DNA of 64,000 bases from positions 95,907-159,906 of the forward strand of contig DF237128.1 of the NCBI GenBank assembly GCA_000708835.1, given 5' to 3'. The notes below the pieces were generated by a model. It saw only the letters and a program-made list of their open reading frames with translations, ran no database searches and was not told the DNA's origin. Origin of the DNA: Klebsormidium nitens (Eukaryota; Plantae; Klebsormidiophyceae). A program made the position numbers and the translations under genes. Below, in pieces: positions 61,101-64,000 of the stretch (the first letter of the stretch is position 1; each line of letters begins with the position of its first letter).

Positions 61101-63578
61101 ACAAAGTTGAAATGGCCAAGAGCTCGAAATGTCTTCCGAGGTTTGGTACTATTCATCGCCTCGTCCCGGGAACAAGCTGTTACCTTGGATCCGTACGCGC
61201 TCCTCTCGTTCTTCCCCGGCGTGTCCTGGTCCTGATTGTCGCCATCCCTGACCCCCGACTCCCGCCGGCTCGTGCTGACGTCCTGGGTCACGTGGACCTG
61301 CTCAGGCGCCAGCTTCTTCGTAGCTGGGAGGACGGGATCCACCCAGAGAGACGAGGAGAAGGCCAGGCTCGCAACTAGGGGTTCTTCGTAAATCTGCATC
61401 CACGGTAGCACACATGAGCTCGGACAAAAAGGTTCTCGCTTGCAGAATGTACTGAAACGAGGGCCGCTTGAGTACACTGCTATGATGGCTGGACACCCTA
61501 AAGCTTGCGAATGCATACCCTTTCGTCAAGAAGATTCTCTTGACATGTCTTCGATATAATGTTCGCTGGCAGATCTTTCCCAATCCCTCCATGCTGAATT
61601 CGAAAGCAGGGTAAAGGGATACAGCTGCTGCACTCAGGAAGCACCCTTCGGGGCAACTTACCAGGCCGAGCGCGAGAGCGTCCGCCTTTTCCATGAAGCC
61701 TTGCAAGTCCCAGGACAACTTGACACGCAGCAGGTCCGGGATAGCCTCAACGCTGCACCACTGCAGGATACCATACGTGCTCCCTGGAGACAAAGCGGCA
61801 GGCTGTGTGAGCGGTCTCGACTTGTGCTGCTTCAGCTGAGGGCACGAAGGGAGATATGAGACAGGAGGACATTCAGGGCCTCTCTGCCATTTAGATTTCA
61901 AACGCAAGAAGAAAGCAATTCAAGCGAGAGCTCGGCTTAGTGTTGACGACTTACATCTCCAAACGGACCATACAAATTATTCTCTTTCAAAGGCCTTGGG
62001 AGATCCGCCTCAGTTGCATCTATTCCTGGTCTTGGATCATATTGCAGAAATCAAGCAGGCAAGGGAGAAGAAGGTTTTGATGCAAATCAAAGCAGAAAAT
62101 TAGGTACAGTCTCGTTCACCTTCCGCAAACACCTCATCTGCTTCTCCTGCCTCTGCACACTGACACCGCGCCTCCTCTGCAACCTTGTACAGGTACGAGG
62201 CCTTGCGTACCCGCAACTCCCTCTCGCTGACAATGTCGTCTCCTTTAAAAACAAGGACGTGAGTGGTTCAGTCTTGACACTGATAATCACTATGTTTACA
62301 TCTGAGATGTCACGTGTGGGGTGAGGACACACTGTAAGGAGAAGATCATCATTTGCTGTATGCTACTAGAAGTGACGGGCCTCTTGTGTACCTTTCCAGG
62401 AACATTCAAAAGTGCAGTCAAGTTGTTGGATGACTGTGACATGGGGCTTGCCTTGTAAAGATGATACACAACAAGCAGAAGCAAAAGGGGCACAGCCCCA
62501 GATTGCCCAGGAAGATCAATACCGAGACTGCAGATGTTACCTGTGGCCATGTCATAGCCATAGAAGTCTGGCGCTTCATCGTCTGAGTCTTCGCCCTCAT
62601 CGGACATGTCGGACACCTCTTCAGGGTCGTAAGCGTCGTCTGCCTCCTCTTCCTCATCTTCACTTGCCCCGCCTGCAGGCGTTCTTGGCTGCTCTGGCCT
62701 GCTTTGCGTGTCTACAGTACCTACCAGTTTCTCCATAAGGACTGGCACGGTGCAGTCAGCAGGGACTAGCCGCTCCAGCTTCTCGTTGATCCTCTGCAAC
62801 GAAAAAAAGGATTTGCATCTGTGGCTCCTTTGTGGCCGTGTTTGAGCATGGCCCGCAGCCAGCAAAAACCCTCAGGGATTGCAGTCCTCTGCTCATGTCT
62901 TGACTAGGGAGAAGTGATTTGTCATTGTTGGACCACTTTGGTTGGGAAATGGTTGCGCTTTTGCATCATTTTGTCTGGACCAATTTCAGCTGGTAGAGAT
63001 GGTATCAGATTGTCAAAATGCAAAACCTTGAAAGCTTTGAACTGCAGCGCTATCTGACACATCTACCCTCTATGTGCAAGGGCTGCCCTAGACAACATCA
63101 AGAGCCACATTCTGAGGCTTTTAGGCCATCTGTGCTTGTTTTCCAAGCTTTGCTTGAAATCTTGCCTGGTTTCTGAACAAAGCCAAGCAAACGGTTTGCA
63201 AAACAGACATCATCTACATAGTGTGGAGCTGCACTAACATTACAGTTGCAAGGAAGCGCTTGAGCATACCTGTAACATATCTTCCATCTGGCCCTCATAG
63301 GTGGCTGCAGTGACAAAAAACTGGTCTCCATCGTCAATGTCCTTCCCTGTTCTGTGGCCAGACATGAAGGCTGCCGGCAAGGACACACTTAGCTGTCTCC
63401 CAGCCACTGAGATCTTCATGGAGTCTGACCCCACACCCAAGACTTTGACAGTGTCACCATCAGTACCGTCAACCCAGGCTTTGACCTGCTTCTCAATTTC
63501 TCTGCAGCGCTCCGTCACAGCCATCTTCTTGCTGGGTCTTCTTTTCAATCTCTTGATCCAAGTGCGCAGCCGCTGCAT
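55174..63578 (-). CDS. PARP6/8/16-like ADP-ribosyltransferase fused to a C-terminal UBE2Q-like ubiquitin-conjugating (E2) domain
   Basis: Cys-rich CPVCRQPH...PCNNDLCLYRFEELG and VELELAM...FEPFP resemble the PARP6/8 pre-catalytic region. Catalytic FAFHGSSGENWYSILRNGL, YGAAHGAGIYLA and VVIRYLLVY are followed by a helical linker and IQKELAKM...DLYKWRVKL...EIRFPSDFPWQPPFIRVVSP...GHVTVGGSICMELLTASGW...EAKAAFTRVARDHGW*. The start may be 63578 or the next Met. Confidence 0.88.
59547..60060. other. Assembly gap (514 N) in a PARP-gene intron, flanked by a 33-nt exact duplication
   Basis: AACGGAATGACTCGGGGACATATCTCCACAGAT occurs at 59514-59546 and again at 60061-60093. Confidence 0.95.
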
Positions 63579-64000
63579 ACCCTAAGTCAGAACATTGTAC
63601 AGAGCGATGCTCAAACTGCTGAAGTCATAGCTCAACACCCTTCAAGGTGCATGTCCTCGCGACCATCTATGTAGCAACAACCAGTTGCAGTCCTGCAAGA
63701 TCTTGAAAAGGATGTTCATAAAATGAAAACACGTTTCCAGAATAGGAAAGGCACATCAGACTGAACAAGGCAGAGCTTGCCTTCCCATGCAGCGTTTGTT
63801 CAGAAAATACTTACACTATCAGTAGTGACTATGGTATTAGTGTGAGTAGTTTCGGTCATTCCCTCACCTCTTAGGCCGGATTCCGTGGGCATTGAAGGGG
63901 ATCCCTGGCCGGGACAGCAGCGCCTGCAATTGCACACCACCAGACTAGTACCGCCGATCGCGGAGAGCCGTCCGATCCTGTGTCCATGTGCTTAATCACA

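Noticed and set aside
1-64000. U12-type introns, considered because ZCRB1 is a minor-spliceosome factor
   Set aside because: No (G/A)TATCCTT donor was seen at any junction I inferred.

Overview
Intron-rich eukaryotic nuclear DNA with GC-rich exons and mostly 100-600 nt GT-AG introns; the six-frame ORF track therefore fragments every gene, and I assembled exons by hand from splice signals and reading phase. The gene set (ERD15, DME/ROS1-family demethylase, plant-type TPX2, GS with land-plant intron positions, alongside the flagellar kinesin-9 and a PARP-UBC fusion) points to a streptophyte green alga such as Klebsormidium; this is inference only. Genes in order: ZCRB1/U11-U12-31K (+, 5' partial), ERD15-like (-), an unrecognised multi-exon gene with an apparent internal repeat (-), DML glycosylase (+), DGAT2 (-), TPX2 (+), kinesin-9/KIF9 (+), a large acidic membrane-anchored protein (-), glutamine synthetase (-), and a PARP6/8-like ADP-ribosyltransferase fused to a UBE2Q-like E2 (-). 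Non-coding items: a GTAC-dense tract and G-box cluster upstream of ERD15, a 352-bp MITE-like element, MSA-like elements upstream of TPX2, and two N gaps. No rRNA, tRNA or CRISPR array was seen. Most interesting: the PARP-E2 fusion with an intact E2 cysteine, the DML with two very large insertions in its C-terminal half, the orphan gene head-to-head with DML, and the GS with mixed GS1/GS2 characters.
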